From contig JARDVH010000097.1 of NCBI GenBank assembly GCA_030324005.1, positions 14,705,724 through 14,769,723 of the forward strand: 64,000 nucleotides of DNA, written 5' to 3'. Below are positions 27,901 to 39,900 of this stretch, in pieces. The translations under genes were made by a program, and so were the position numbers. This stretch comes from Negaprion brevirostris. Lineage: Eukaryota. Within the stretch, counting starts at the first letter, position 1. Each line of letters starts with the position of its first letter. Below the pieces are notes generated by a model, which was not told the origin of the DNA, did no database searches, and worked only from the letters and a program-made list of their open reading frames with translations.

Positions 27901-30900
27901 TATGCTTATTGCAATTAAGTGGAACTACCTAATTCAACTGAGACTAGTGATTACACCAGGGACCTTGCCAATCCTTGTGGCTCAACTGTTGTGTGAAACC
28001 ATTAAACCATCAGGAGAAAAGGGGTCAAATTTTCAATCTTTTTTTTTGAATGAAAGCACATCTCAGGCATATGACATCACCTAAATTACTTAATATGGGA
28101 GCAGAGAAGTTTAACTTCAGCCAACAAATATAGGAATCAACAATAAAGACACTATGGCTAGCAACAAACTTGCAAATATCTTAATGGTTACAAAACCCAT
28201 GTTCTTAAATAAGATGTAGCTAAATATGTGGAATGGTTGCCAACAATGGGAGAGGAAAATAACCAAGAAACGGTGAGATTCATAAAGGGCCTATTACACA
28301 AAACAAAATTGATGCATCATATTCTTAAAGGTCACCATATATTTTATTGGCGAATCGCTGACAAAATTTTACTTTGCCATCCTAAACTTTTAGCACTCTT
28401 ATTGAAAAGGTCAATGAGAATAAGGTTAGAGTTAATTTGTAAAGTTCAAGAAATTACTTGTCAAACCAGGATTTCTTTGCAGACACGCCTTCAGCAATCG
28501 CAGCAGCACCTATCGTACGTTTCCGGGACTCAGAATCCACCACTATTCTCATGTTGTTGCTGTTCGCAGCCGGTTTTTCGGTTTTCACAGTTATGTTTAC
28601 AGCTAAACGTGAACAGATGGAACGTAGTCATTTTCAAGACCAGAGCATAGATCAGTGAAAACCTATTGCCTGCTGCTCTCTCTTGCAATTAATGTATCAA
28701 AATATATGGAAGGTAGTTATTAAAGATGAAAAAATATATGGTATAAATGTAAGTTAAGTACAGAAGAAAAAAATCTCAAAGTACTTCAGAGAAACGTAAT
28801 CAGACCAAAATTGTCACTGAGCAAAGAGACACATCAGGAGGGTCAGAAGGAGGCTTTAATTAGCAACTTGAATGAGGAAAGAAAAGGTGACTTAGCAGAG
28901 GCTCAAAAATAAAATTCTAGAGCTGACATCATGACCAACATGGTAGAGTGAAGGGAGTGGGGAAAGCTGAAGAGGCCTGGGTTGGAGGAATATAGTTCTC
29001 CAGTGATTTATAGAGCTGGGGAAGGGACAAGGACATGATGAGATTTGAAAACAAGAATAAGGGTTTAAGAATGGAGAAAATGAAGGAGCCAATATAGATC
29101 ATAAGAACATAAGAACTAGGAGCAGGAGTAGGCCATTTAGCCCCTCGAGCCTACTCCGGCATTCAGTAAGATCACAGCTAATCTTTTTAAAGACTCAGCT
29201 CCACTTACCCGCCCGCTCACCATAACCCTTAGTTCCTTTACTGTTCAAAAACGTATCTACCCTTGCCTTAAAAACATTCAATGAGGTAGCCTCAACTGCT
29301 TCACTGGGCAGGGAATTCCACAGATTCGCAACACTTTGTGTGAAGAAGGTCCTCCTCAGCTCAGTCCTAAATCTGTTACCCCTTATTTTTGAAGCTATGC
29401 CCCCAGTTCTAGTTTCACCTGCCAGTGGAAACAGCTTCCCAGCTTCCACCTTATCTATTCCCTTCAGTATATGTTTCCACAAGATCTCCCCTTATTCTTC
29501 TGAATTCCAATGAGTATAGCCCAGTCTACAAAGTCTCTCCTCATAAGCCAACCCTTTCAACTCCAGAATCAACCTAGTAAATCTCCTCTGCACCCCGTCC
29601 AGTGCCAGTATATCCTTTCTCAATTGAGGAGATCAAAACTGTACCCAGTATTCCAGGTGTGGCCTCACCAGCACCTTGTATTTGCAACATAACCTCGCTG
29701 TTTTTAAACTCCATCCCTCTAGCAATGAAGGACAAAACTCCATTTGCCTTCTTAATTACCTGCTGCACCTGCAAACCAACTCCTTGAGATTCCTGCACAA
29801 GGACACCCAGGTCCCNNNNNNNNNNNNNNNNNNNNNNNNNNNNNNNNNNNNNNNNNNNNNNNNNNNNNNNNNNNNNNNNNNNNNNNNNNNNNNNNNNNNN
29901 NNNNNNNNNNNNNNNNNNNNNNNNNNNNNNNNNNNNNNNNNNNNNNNNNNNNNNNNNNNNNNNNNNNNNNNNNNNNNNNNNNNNNNNNNNNNNNNNNNNN
30001 NNNNNNNNNNNNNNNNNNNNNNNNNNNNNNNNNNNNNNNNNNNNNNNNNNNNNNNNNNNNNNNNNNNNNNNNNNNNNNNNNNNNNNNNNNNNNNNNNNNN
30101 NNNNNNNNNNNNNNNNNNNNNNNNNNNNNNNNNNNNNNNNNNNNNNNNNNNNNNNNNNNNNNNNNNNNNNNNNNNNNNNNNNNNNNNNNNNNNNNNNNNN
30201 NNNNNNNNNNNNNNNNNNNNNNNNNNNNNNNNNNNNNNNNNNNNNNNNNNNNNNNNNNNNNNNNNNNNNNNNNNNNNNNNNNNNNNNNNNNNNNNNNNNN
30301 NNNNNNNNNNNNNNNNNNNNNNNNNNNNNNNNNNNNNNNNNNNNNNNNNNNNNNNNNNNNNNNNNNNNNNNNNNNNNNNNNNNNNNNNNNNNNNNNNNNN
30401 NNNNNNNNNNNNNNNNNNNNNNNNNNNNNNNNNNNNNNNNNNNNNNNNNNNNNNNNNNNNNNNNNNNNNNNNNNNNNNNNNNNNNNNNNNNNNNNNNNNN
30501 NNNNNNNNNNNNNNNNNNNNNNNNNNNNNNNNNNNNNNNNNNNNNNNNNNNNNNNNNNNNNNNNNNNNNACCCCAGAGTCCAGTGAATTTTGGTAAATTA
30601 CCACTAGTGCATTTGCTATTTCTCCCATCATCTCTTTTAGCATCCTGGAATGCATTCCATCAGGACCAGGAGACTTGTCTATCTTTAGCCCCATTAACAT
30701 GCCCAATACTACCTCCTTCGTGCAAATGATAATTTCTAGGTCCTCGCATGCCATAGCCTTCCTGTCATCAATTTTTGGCATGTCATTTGTGTCTTCCACT
30801 GTGAAGACCGACACAAAACGCCTGTTCAATGCCTCAGCCATTTTCTCATTTCCAGTTATTACATCCCCCTTCTCATCCTCCAAAGGATCGTCAAGCACGG

Positions 30901-33900
30901 AAATGATGGGTGAACAGAAGTTACTACATGTTAGAGTTCAGACAGATATTAAGGACCAATTTAAACCACTTTATGATGGAGCAGATACAGGGTCAAATAG
31001 AATGTCAAGGTTAGGATCAGCCTTAAAGAGATAGAGGCCAACATACTGTAGGGGAAAAGAGCATATCTTCACTTTCAGACTTAACCAGAATAAACTATAG
31101 CTCATTCAGGATGCAAGTTGGACAAATAGGAATCAGTGCTAGGCCCACCGTTATTTGTCATTTATATTAATGATCTAAATNNNNNNNNNNNNNNNNNNNN
31201 NNNNNNNNNNNNNNNNNNNNNNNNNNNNNNNNNNNNNNNNNNNNNNNNNNNNNNNNNNNNNNNNNNNNNNNNNNNNNNNNNNNNNNNNNNNNNNNNNNNN
31301 NNNNNNNNNNNNNNNNNNNNNNNNNNNNNNNNNNNNNNNNNNNNNNNNNNNNNNNNNNNNNNNNNNNNNNNNNNNNNNNNNNNNNNNNNNNNNNNNNNNN
31401 NNNNNNNNNNNNNNNNNNNNNNNNNNNNNNNNNNNNNNNNNNNNNNNNNNNNNNNNNNNNNNNNNNNNNNNNNNNNNNNNNNNNNNNNNNNNNNNNNNNN
31501 NNNNNNNNNNNNNNNNNNNNNNNNNNNNNNNNNNNNNNNNNNNNNNNNNNNNNNNNNNNNNNNNNNNNNNNNNNNNNNNNNNNNNNNNNNNNNNNNNNNN
31601 NNNNNNNNNNNNNNNNNNNNNNNNNNNNNNNNNNNNNNNNNNNNNNNNNNNNNNNNNNNNNNNNAAAGACAGGAACTTATTTTCTTTGCACATAAGAGGC
31701 TGAAGGGTAACCTTATAGAGGTCTATAAAATAATGAGGGGCATAGACAAGGTAGGTAGTCAATATCTTTTCCCAAAGATAGGGGAGTCTAAAACTAGACG
31801 GCATAGGTTTAAGGTGAGAGGGGAGAGATTCAAAAGAGTCCAGTGGGGCAATTTTTTCCGGAGGGTGATGAGTGTCTGGAACAAGCTGCCAGAGGTAGTA
31901 GTAGAGGCGGGTACAATTCTATCTTTAGATAATTACATGGGTACGATAGGTATAGAGGGATATGGGCAAAACGTGGGCAATTGGGATTAGTTTAGGGGTT
32001 TCAAAAAAAAAGAACGACATGGACAAGTTAGGTCAGAGTCCCTGACTCCTCTAAATATGATTAAAGCACATGAACACTGAAGGGGTCATGGTGGACATTT
32101 AGAGTTGGGAGTTGTCAATGAACATGTGGAATCCAATCCCATGTATTTCAATGTCCTTGGGAAATAGGAAACTGACCCAGGATAAATACTTGTCTCCTGA
32201 GGTGATACTGCATGCATGAGAAGAAATCATTGTTTGAAATATTTTGATGACAATTTCACAAACATGAGCAAAGTCAAATGAAGGCAGTTTCACTTTGCTG
32301 GACAATGCTGCAACAAAATTCAAAATTCAAGGACTTGAGAGACAAAGGCAGAATCAAGAAGGGGATGTAAACTGCAAGGACAATAAAGGTCAAAGGACGT
32401 TCAGTCGAAGATGACTGGAACAATGGATCTGAAAATGGAGGATAGTACCAAAAGCAAAAGGAACTGTTTACAACTTTAGCAAGAATTAAGGACAGGAAGA
32501 GAGGTTGATAATCAACAGTTCGGTCTTAATGGGATCAAGGGAATAGTAGGGAAATCTTGTGGATAAGCTCAGCTCAGAGGTGGCTTATGGGGAGAAAGGA
32601 AAGAAGTTTGAGAAATATGTATGTTTATGGTTAGTGCAGATGGGCAAACAGAAGCAGGAGCAGGAATGATTTAAAGATAGCCAAACAGAGGGTTTTGGGA
32701 ACATACAGCAAAAAAGGCAAGCAAGATTTGGCGAACCTTAAAAAAAAAGGTTCAGCTTCAACTGCAGTATTGTGCCAGTTTTGAACACCACACTTCAGGA
32801 AGGGTATAAAAACATTGGAGAAGGTGCAGTAGGATTTCCTGAGCATGAGGAGCTTTGGTTATGAAGACAGATTGTGGAAGCTGGGGTTGCCTACCTTAGA
32901 GAAGATTGACAGCAGATTTGATAAGTGACATTCAAAAGGGGTCTGGACCAAAGAGATTGGGAAAAAGCAGTTCTCGTTGCAGAATAATCAAGAACCAAAG
33001 GACATTGATTTCAAGTGAATTCCAAAAACAAAAGCAGAGATGACATGAGGAAAGAGTTTATGCAGCAAGTAGTTAGGAACTGGAATGCATTACCCAAGTG
33101 TGTGACAGGGCAAATTCAATCATGGCTTTCAAAAGACATCTTGGTGTCTTCCCCCAATTTATCTATGTTCTTGGGTACCTTATTTTGTTTTATCCAACCT
33201 CTTGGCTGCAATCACAAAAGGATAAGTACTTTGTTTAGTGTAGTGACTTAAGTTCAGAAAGGAGACGACAATGCAGCAAGAAACTCAAGTCAAGGGGTGG
33301 GGGGGATGGTTAGTCAAGAATGACAATTTTAAAATGGAGCTAAGAGGTTGGGTAAAACAAAATAAGGTACTCAAGAACATAGATAAATTGGGGGAAGACA
33401 CCAAGATGTCATTTGGTGCTTACAGCAACACTCTAGCATAACAGTTTGGCAGAGCAGGTAGTGAAAAGTAGTCAGGCAGGGAGGCTCCAGCAAGGAGCAA
33501 GGTATCACCAACCACAAGCCAATCTTCAGTAAAAGCCATGATGTTAATGCAATCTATCATACATAAGGTCATAGATCACTCAACAAATGCGTCAATTTTA
33601 AAACATCAATTAATTTTCCTCTTGTCACCTCTAGTCTCAGAGGAAATAATCCTAGCATAGTACCTCAAGTCTCTTATCATAACCTTGTTACATCATATAT
33701 TTTCAATAGCTTTAATGCGCCTTCCAAAGTAAGCGCCCAAACCACATACAAAACTCAACTGGACTAACACTTCCTTGCAGTACCTCTAATTCTGTGTTCT
33801 TAAGTATAAAGTTCAAACTACTAAAATGCATTACATTCTAACAATAGAAGTTCCACTTTTACAAGGAGTAAAGTTTCTAAGTTTTTACCTACTATAGAGC

Positions 33901-36900
33901 AGATTTTGTATCTAAATTTTAGTACTGTACCTCGTGGTGGTAGATCCATATCTCCAGACGTAAGTCCTATCAAGTTAGGTCTTTGGCTGTGTACCCTGTG
34001 TCTGTAAACAGGTCTTGAAGTACTGGTCATACTTGGTGCTTCAGGATTATATCCATCAGTTTCATAGGGCTCTACAGACAAAAAGAAACATGTGTGACCT
34101 GCAGACTCAGTATTATTGTCCTGTTGTGAATCAAAACCTACCAAGTTACTTTACAAAGATAAGAAAATAAAATTAATTAGGAAATGGACATTGAGTTGTG
34201 TACAAGGTAGAAGAGGTAATCAGAAAGGTTCCAGTGAGTTAGGCTGAGGCAGCTGAATTTCTGTCACAAATACTGAGCAGGTGATGCACAAAATTTCACT
34301 CTAAAGAGAGAAAGAGAAGATCCATATTGATGTTTTAGAAAGTTGAAGCAGGCTTCATGCAGCACTATATGCAATTGGCAGATTCCATTATCCTATACTA
34401 TAGTTCATTATTTTTCCTTTCCTTTAGAATTTATAGGTGGAGGAAATAGCAAATATGATGTTGGTGAAGTTTAGAAATAACAAAAATTGGGTTAAGAGCC
34501 AAGACACCAAAGTAGAAACAGTCCAAGAATAAATGTGGTGCTTTGAAGGGAAAGTAATGTCACAAGCAGCAAGAGAACCTAGCTATTCTCACTTACAAAT
34601 TCCCCAGATTGTTGTTTACAGATACTGATCAACACATTAGCACACCTTAATGAAGGCCCAAGGCCCAAATTTTAGGTCAGTGTTGTCATCAGCAACAGGC
34701 TCAGCCGGTTGATTGACTCTATTCAAACGTCACGTGATATTGCAGAGTAGGGATGCAAATGGACGGGCACACACGCATGCGCTTTATATACAGAAATAAT
34801 GATAACACTATGCTTTAATAAGTTAGGTGTCAAGTCGAAAAATATTTTACAGATGGACTTAAAGCTGCTCTTTAAAGGATGTTCTGGGGTGGGGGAGATA
34901 TAAAAAGTCTCATGNNNNNNNNNNNNNNNNNNNNNNNNNNNNNNNNNNNNNNNNNNNNNNNNNNNNNNNNNNNNNNNNNNNNNNNNNNNNNNNNNNNNNN
35001 NNNNNNNNNNNNNNNNNNNNNNNNNNNNNNNNNNNNNNNNNNNNNNNNNNNNNNNNNNNNNNNNNNNNNNNNNNNNNNNNNNNNNNNNNNNNNNNNNNNN
35101 NNNNNNNNNNNNNNNNNNNNNNNNNNNNNNNNNNNNNNNNNNNNNNNNNNNNNNNNNNNNNNNNNNNNNNNNNNNNNNNNNNNNNNNNNNNNNNNNNNNN
35201 NNNNNNNNNNNNNNNNNNNNNNNNNNNNNNNNNNNNNNNNNNNNNNNNNNNNNNNNNNNNNNNNNNNNNNNNNNNNNNNNNNNNNNNNNNNNNNNNNNNN
35301 NNNNNNNNNNNNNNNNNNNNNNNNNNNNNNNNNNNNNNNNNNNNNNNNNNNNNNNNNNNNNNNNNNNNNNNNNNNNNNNNNNNNNNNNNNNNNNNNNNNN
35401 NNNNNNNNNNNNNNNNNNNNNNNNNNNNNNNNNNNNNNNNNNNNNNNNNNNNNNNNNNNNNNNNNNNNNNNNNNNNNNNNNNNNNNNNNNNNNNNNNNNN
35501 NNNNNNNNNNNNNNNNNNNNNNNNNNNNNNNNNNNNNNNNNNNNNNNNNNNNNNNNNNNNNNNNNNNNNNNNNTGCCCTGTGCAACAAGTCAAGTCTCAG
35601 CCATGATATCTATGTATAGTATGAATCATTTCAAACAAGCATCACAAAAGCATATCAATCATCCGAGTCACTGATGTGCTGCAGGTTTCCAAATACAAGA
35701 CAGCAGACATGTCAACAGGAAAACAATGGCTACTTTTAAAATATAGTGGTAAATTGGGCAAGAAGCAACATTTTAATTTAGCACAGAAGTCTTAGAAAAG
35801 TTTACCTGTAATAACTTTTCATTTCCTCATTTCTTCTTACAGACAGAAGAAACGGTTAATAAGTAATAAAAATTGCCAGAATTTTATGCCAGAGGAATAA
35901 TGAATATTAAAAATATGCAATCAGCTGCTCCCTTTTGTATACATCATAAATCAGATGATTTAGGTGAAGGCAACTACTGGTCTTACTCTTCCAAAATAAC
36001 CTACACAAAAATCCAATTTGTACAACATCTAGCTATTGGTTAAAAGTTCCATGTCCTGTCCACAGCCATTATTGCCAATCATCTGCTGCATAAATCTCTG
36101 TTTGACATCTGCCCTTCATGTCCACAAATTTCTAGTTTACTTTCTGTAGGGTGTAGAGCACTGGGCATCCCACCCATTATGCTCTTACCATTTCCCTCTA
36201 GCTCCAACTCCCATGGCTTTAGCTGGTCACAAACCTACATCCATTGCCTAGATATATCGTCATACCACGTTCCTGTGTGCTTGATCTGGCTCAAAAGAAA
36301 CTTTCACCGATGTTAATCCAGGTCAGCAACTTCAAATGCCTTATTTAAAAAACAAACAAAACATCTTACTTGAATTGGCCTAAAGCCAAAAAAATTACCT
36401 GCTGTATACGGAGGAGGCTGTGCTGGAGGAGGCTGGTGATGAATCACTGATGTGACAACAGGAGGCACTGAACTAGTAATTGAGTTTGGGGGTACGTCTA
36501 ATCCCGGAGGCTGAAGTGGCGGCAAAGGTGGTGGGGGGCCAACTAAAAGAAAAACACAACAAATTTGTAATGCCAACCATTCTTTTAAAAAGACTGTGAA
36601 TGCACTGGCTTTTGGAAACAAAATATTTCAAAGTCTTGAGACCAAAACTAACTTCAAAAGGAAAAGCAAGCCTGCATTTATATAGCACCTTTCAGAGCCC
36701 TCTGGTCCCTCAAGCACTTCACCATCAGTGATGTGAGATCACTGTTATTGGAGGCAAACACAGCAGCCAAGTTTCACATTACCTCGTCCTTCAAGTAACA
36801 TGAATTAAAGTATCAGGCAATCTGTTTTTTGTTAAAAGCAAATTACTGCAGATGCTGGAATCTGAAACTAAGAAAAATGCTGGAAAATCTCAGCAGGTCT

Positions 36901-39900
36901 AGCAGCATTCGTGAGGAGAAGAAAGAGCTGACGTTGAATCCAGATGACCCTTTGTCAGAGCTCTGTTTTTGGTGATGTCTGTTGAAGGATAACTGATGGC
37001 CATTTGACATCAGGAGAATTTGCTTGGGACCTTTTCCCTATACCCGAGTAGAAGGGAAAAATAGCTGTGATTTAATCTCTCATTTGAAAGATGGTGCCAC
37101 AAACAGTGCAGACCTCCACACTGGTATTTCGGACAAAATTATGCACTAAAGTCTCTGAAGCGGAGCTTGACATACAACACTGTGACTCAGGTAAGAGTGC
37201 TGCCACTGATTCAAAGCTGAAACACAGACACAAACACATTTTTTATTTCAAAAACAGATTTTGGCTGACATTCAATATGTGAGACACCTGGCACAACAAA
37301 TAAAGCCAAAAAAAAGATTTCTTGGCCAGACAGCACTCCTTTTTTGTAAAAGGAATGGTCACAGCTCACCCAAATACAATGACCATGCCTTATCTAGCAT
37401 GGACAAGAGAAGATCATGATCCTTAAAGCTGTAAACAAGACAGATCTTGGAGTACAGGCTTGAGCTTGTTCTGCTACTGGATAACAGTCCCACTTTCATC
37501 TGCTACAAAGACAACTGTGAAAGAAGTCCATTCTTTGCTCTTCCATCCCACTCCCCTTCCCGCAGACATCAACTCTTTCACGTGATGCTTGCAAGAGTTT
37601 TTGTCACCTCCTTCTATCGTGTCCAAGTGGCCATTATTGGAAGCCTAGACAAGTCTATTAATGGGCTAGTTAAATGAGGAGGTCTTGAAACTGTGCCTGA
37701 TCTTGTTCTCAATTGCGATCCGTAGGAAATTCACAAACATAAATAGAAAATGCCATGGAAACTCAACAGGTCTGACTGCATCTACGGAGAAAGAATAGAG
37801 CCGCCGTTTCAAGTCAGGGTGACTCTTCGTCAGAGCTCATGTTTACAAAAGTAGTTTTGAAACAAGAAGAAGAAATGTTGATTAATTTTCTTGCTCTTAT
37901 CGCAAGGATTCTGAGCTTGATTATCAAGCCATTGCAGCAACAGGGATCAAGCAACCTAATTAGAATTTCCCTTGACGAGCAATAATGTCATATTCTAAAG
38001 GGAGACCGAGTAATTGCAAACAATTTGATATAGATTGAGTGAGAAAACTCAAGTAAATCTGAACATAGGAAGCAAAGACATCCTGAGAACATTGTAACAT
38101 GCCAATATGACTACTTTTACACACAATGACTGGAATCGGCCATGCAAGTCCTGCCACTGTTCCAGAGAGGATGGAGAGTTCGGCACTCCGCCAAATGTCT
38201 GTTTACTGCAGTGAGGTAGGAGAATCCCGCTCGATATCTCGAATGGCTTGATAAACTACAATACATTCTCTTCCAAGCGTCCTGTGCATATGCTGTCATT
38301 TTTAAAAGTAATGGCTAAACAGAAAGCTTATACTTTACCTGCAACAGGAGGCAGACTGGGTGGTAGTGGTCCTGGAGGAGGGACTGGAGGCCTGAGATTA
38401 ACAGGTGGAGGAGTCAGAATGGGTGGCGGTGGAGGAAGGGCGGGAGGATTTGGTCCCTCAACTATTGGAGGCTGCGAGGGAAAAGGCAGCATGCCTGGAA
38501 GATTCACATCTTCTACCACTACTGGATCGCTTCCGTGGTCAAATGGACACATGTCACCTCTCATACAGAAACCCTTTTCTGTAAAACACAAAAAAATGCA
38601 ATATAAATCACATATAATTAAAATGATCTGCAACACAACAAAAGAAAGCCAATGTATAATGCATAGTTGTTTCAACAATACAGTACAGTAGAAGCCTCTT
38701 AATGGGACACCACTGCTGTGAGCGAAACATTCCCTTTATCCAGCCGTTCCTGTTAAGCAAACACAGTAGAATGCAGGGAATAAATGGATGCCTGTGCCAA
38801 GTGTTGTGCTTTAGTGAACATTCCTATTATTAAGTATCCATTAACTAGTATGTACCGTTTTTCCAAACTGGTTCAATTTCCATTCCCTGTATAAGTTATT
38901 CTGCTTTTGGCCTCCCCCAAGATCAAATCGAGTTAGCAACATAATTACAGCATTTGAATTTAATACAGTGTGTGCTTAATTTGGGTGACAATTTGGTTTA
39001 GCTTTGTAATAGCTCTGTCTTACCATCATAGTCTCTACAACGCTTCTTTGGAAGTGGCCCTCTTCCATACGAGTTATGATCTATCTGATCTTCATGGTAC
39101 TCTGACCAACTTTCTGTAGTAGTGTTGCCATGATGAGCTGGTGCTATAACTGTGATTGCACTACTCAGTGAAGGAACAGGATAGTGGCCAGATGTCAAGT
39201 TTGGCACAGTATTGGGAGTGTAGCCACTTTCTGATGATTCTGTCCTGTCGAGGTCATACTTTGATTTCCCTGAATCTCGCTCTTTAAAAAAAAGAGGATC
39301 CAATGTTAATATTTCAATCCCATCATCATTTTCAAGAACTTACTGAAAAACACAGCTATAGAAATTGTTCATGCTTTAGATTTACAATCCTGAAGTTATC
39401 TACAAATCACAAAGATGTGCAAAACCAAACACTGAATTAAAAATTGACAAATTGAATGGACTTGTGTAGTGCCACTTGCAGCAGAGACAATAAACCATAC
39501 AATTAACATGTTCCAAAATGAACAGAATTATTTAAAATTAGTATTTGCTTAGTACATGACTTGAATTTTGCTGAAAAAGAAAATGCTGCTCAAGCTTTTG
39601 ATCAGTACAAAAGCAAGATTTCCAAAAATTTCAGACAACCTTTTATATTACAGGACGAAAAGGGGTTCCATATCAGCCAAGCTTAGAACATAACTTATTT
39701 ATGCTCGCTGGGAGTAAACTTCGATTCATATGCAGCTCTCCGTTCTTGACGAACAAAAGGAATTTGTTCAAGCCTCACACTTTTTTCTTCAATTATCTGC
39801 AAGGGATAGGAAGCAGAAATTCCCCATTGCCTTCTCCATGACAGCAGCTCACCTGACTTGTCAACCAATCAGAATTCCTTTTCTCCTGTGGTATAAATTG

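Noticed and set aside
28228-28658. Plus-strand ORFs of 140 and 66 aa
   Set aside because: Antisense to exon 10; no independent coding evidence.
29676-35619. Long ORFs of 200-380 aa in the ORF track
   Set aside because: They are runs of N translated as X; only the CR1 edges are real.
38248-38691. Gly-rich 147-aa plus-strand ORF
   Set aside because: Antisense shadow of Pro-rich exon 7.
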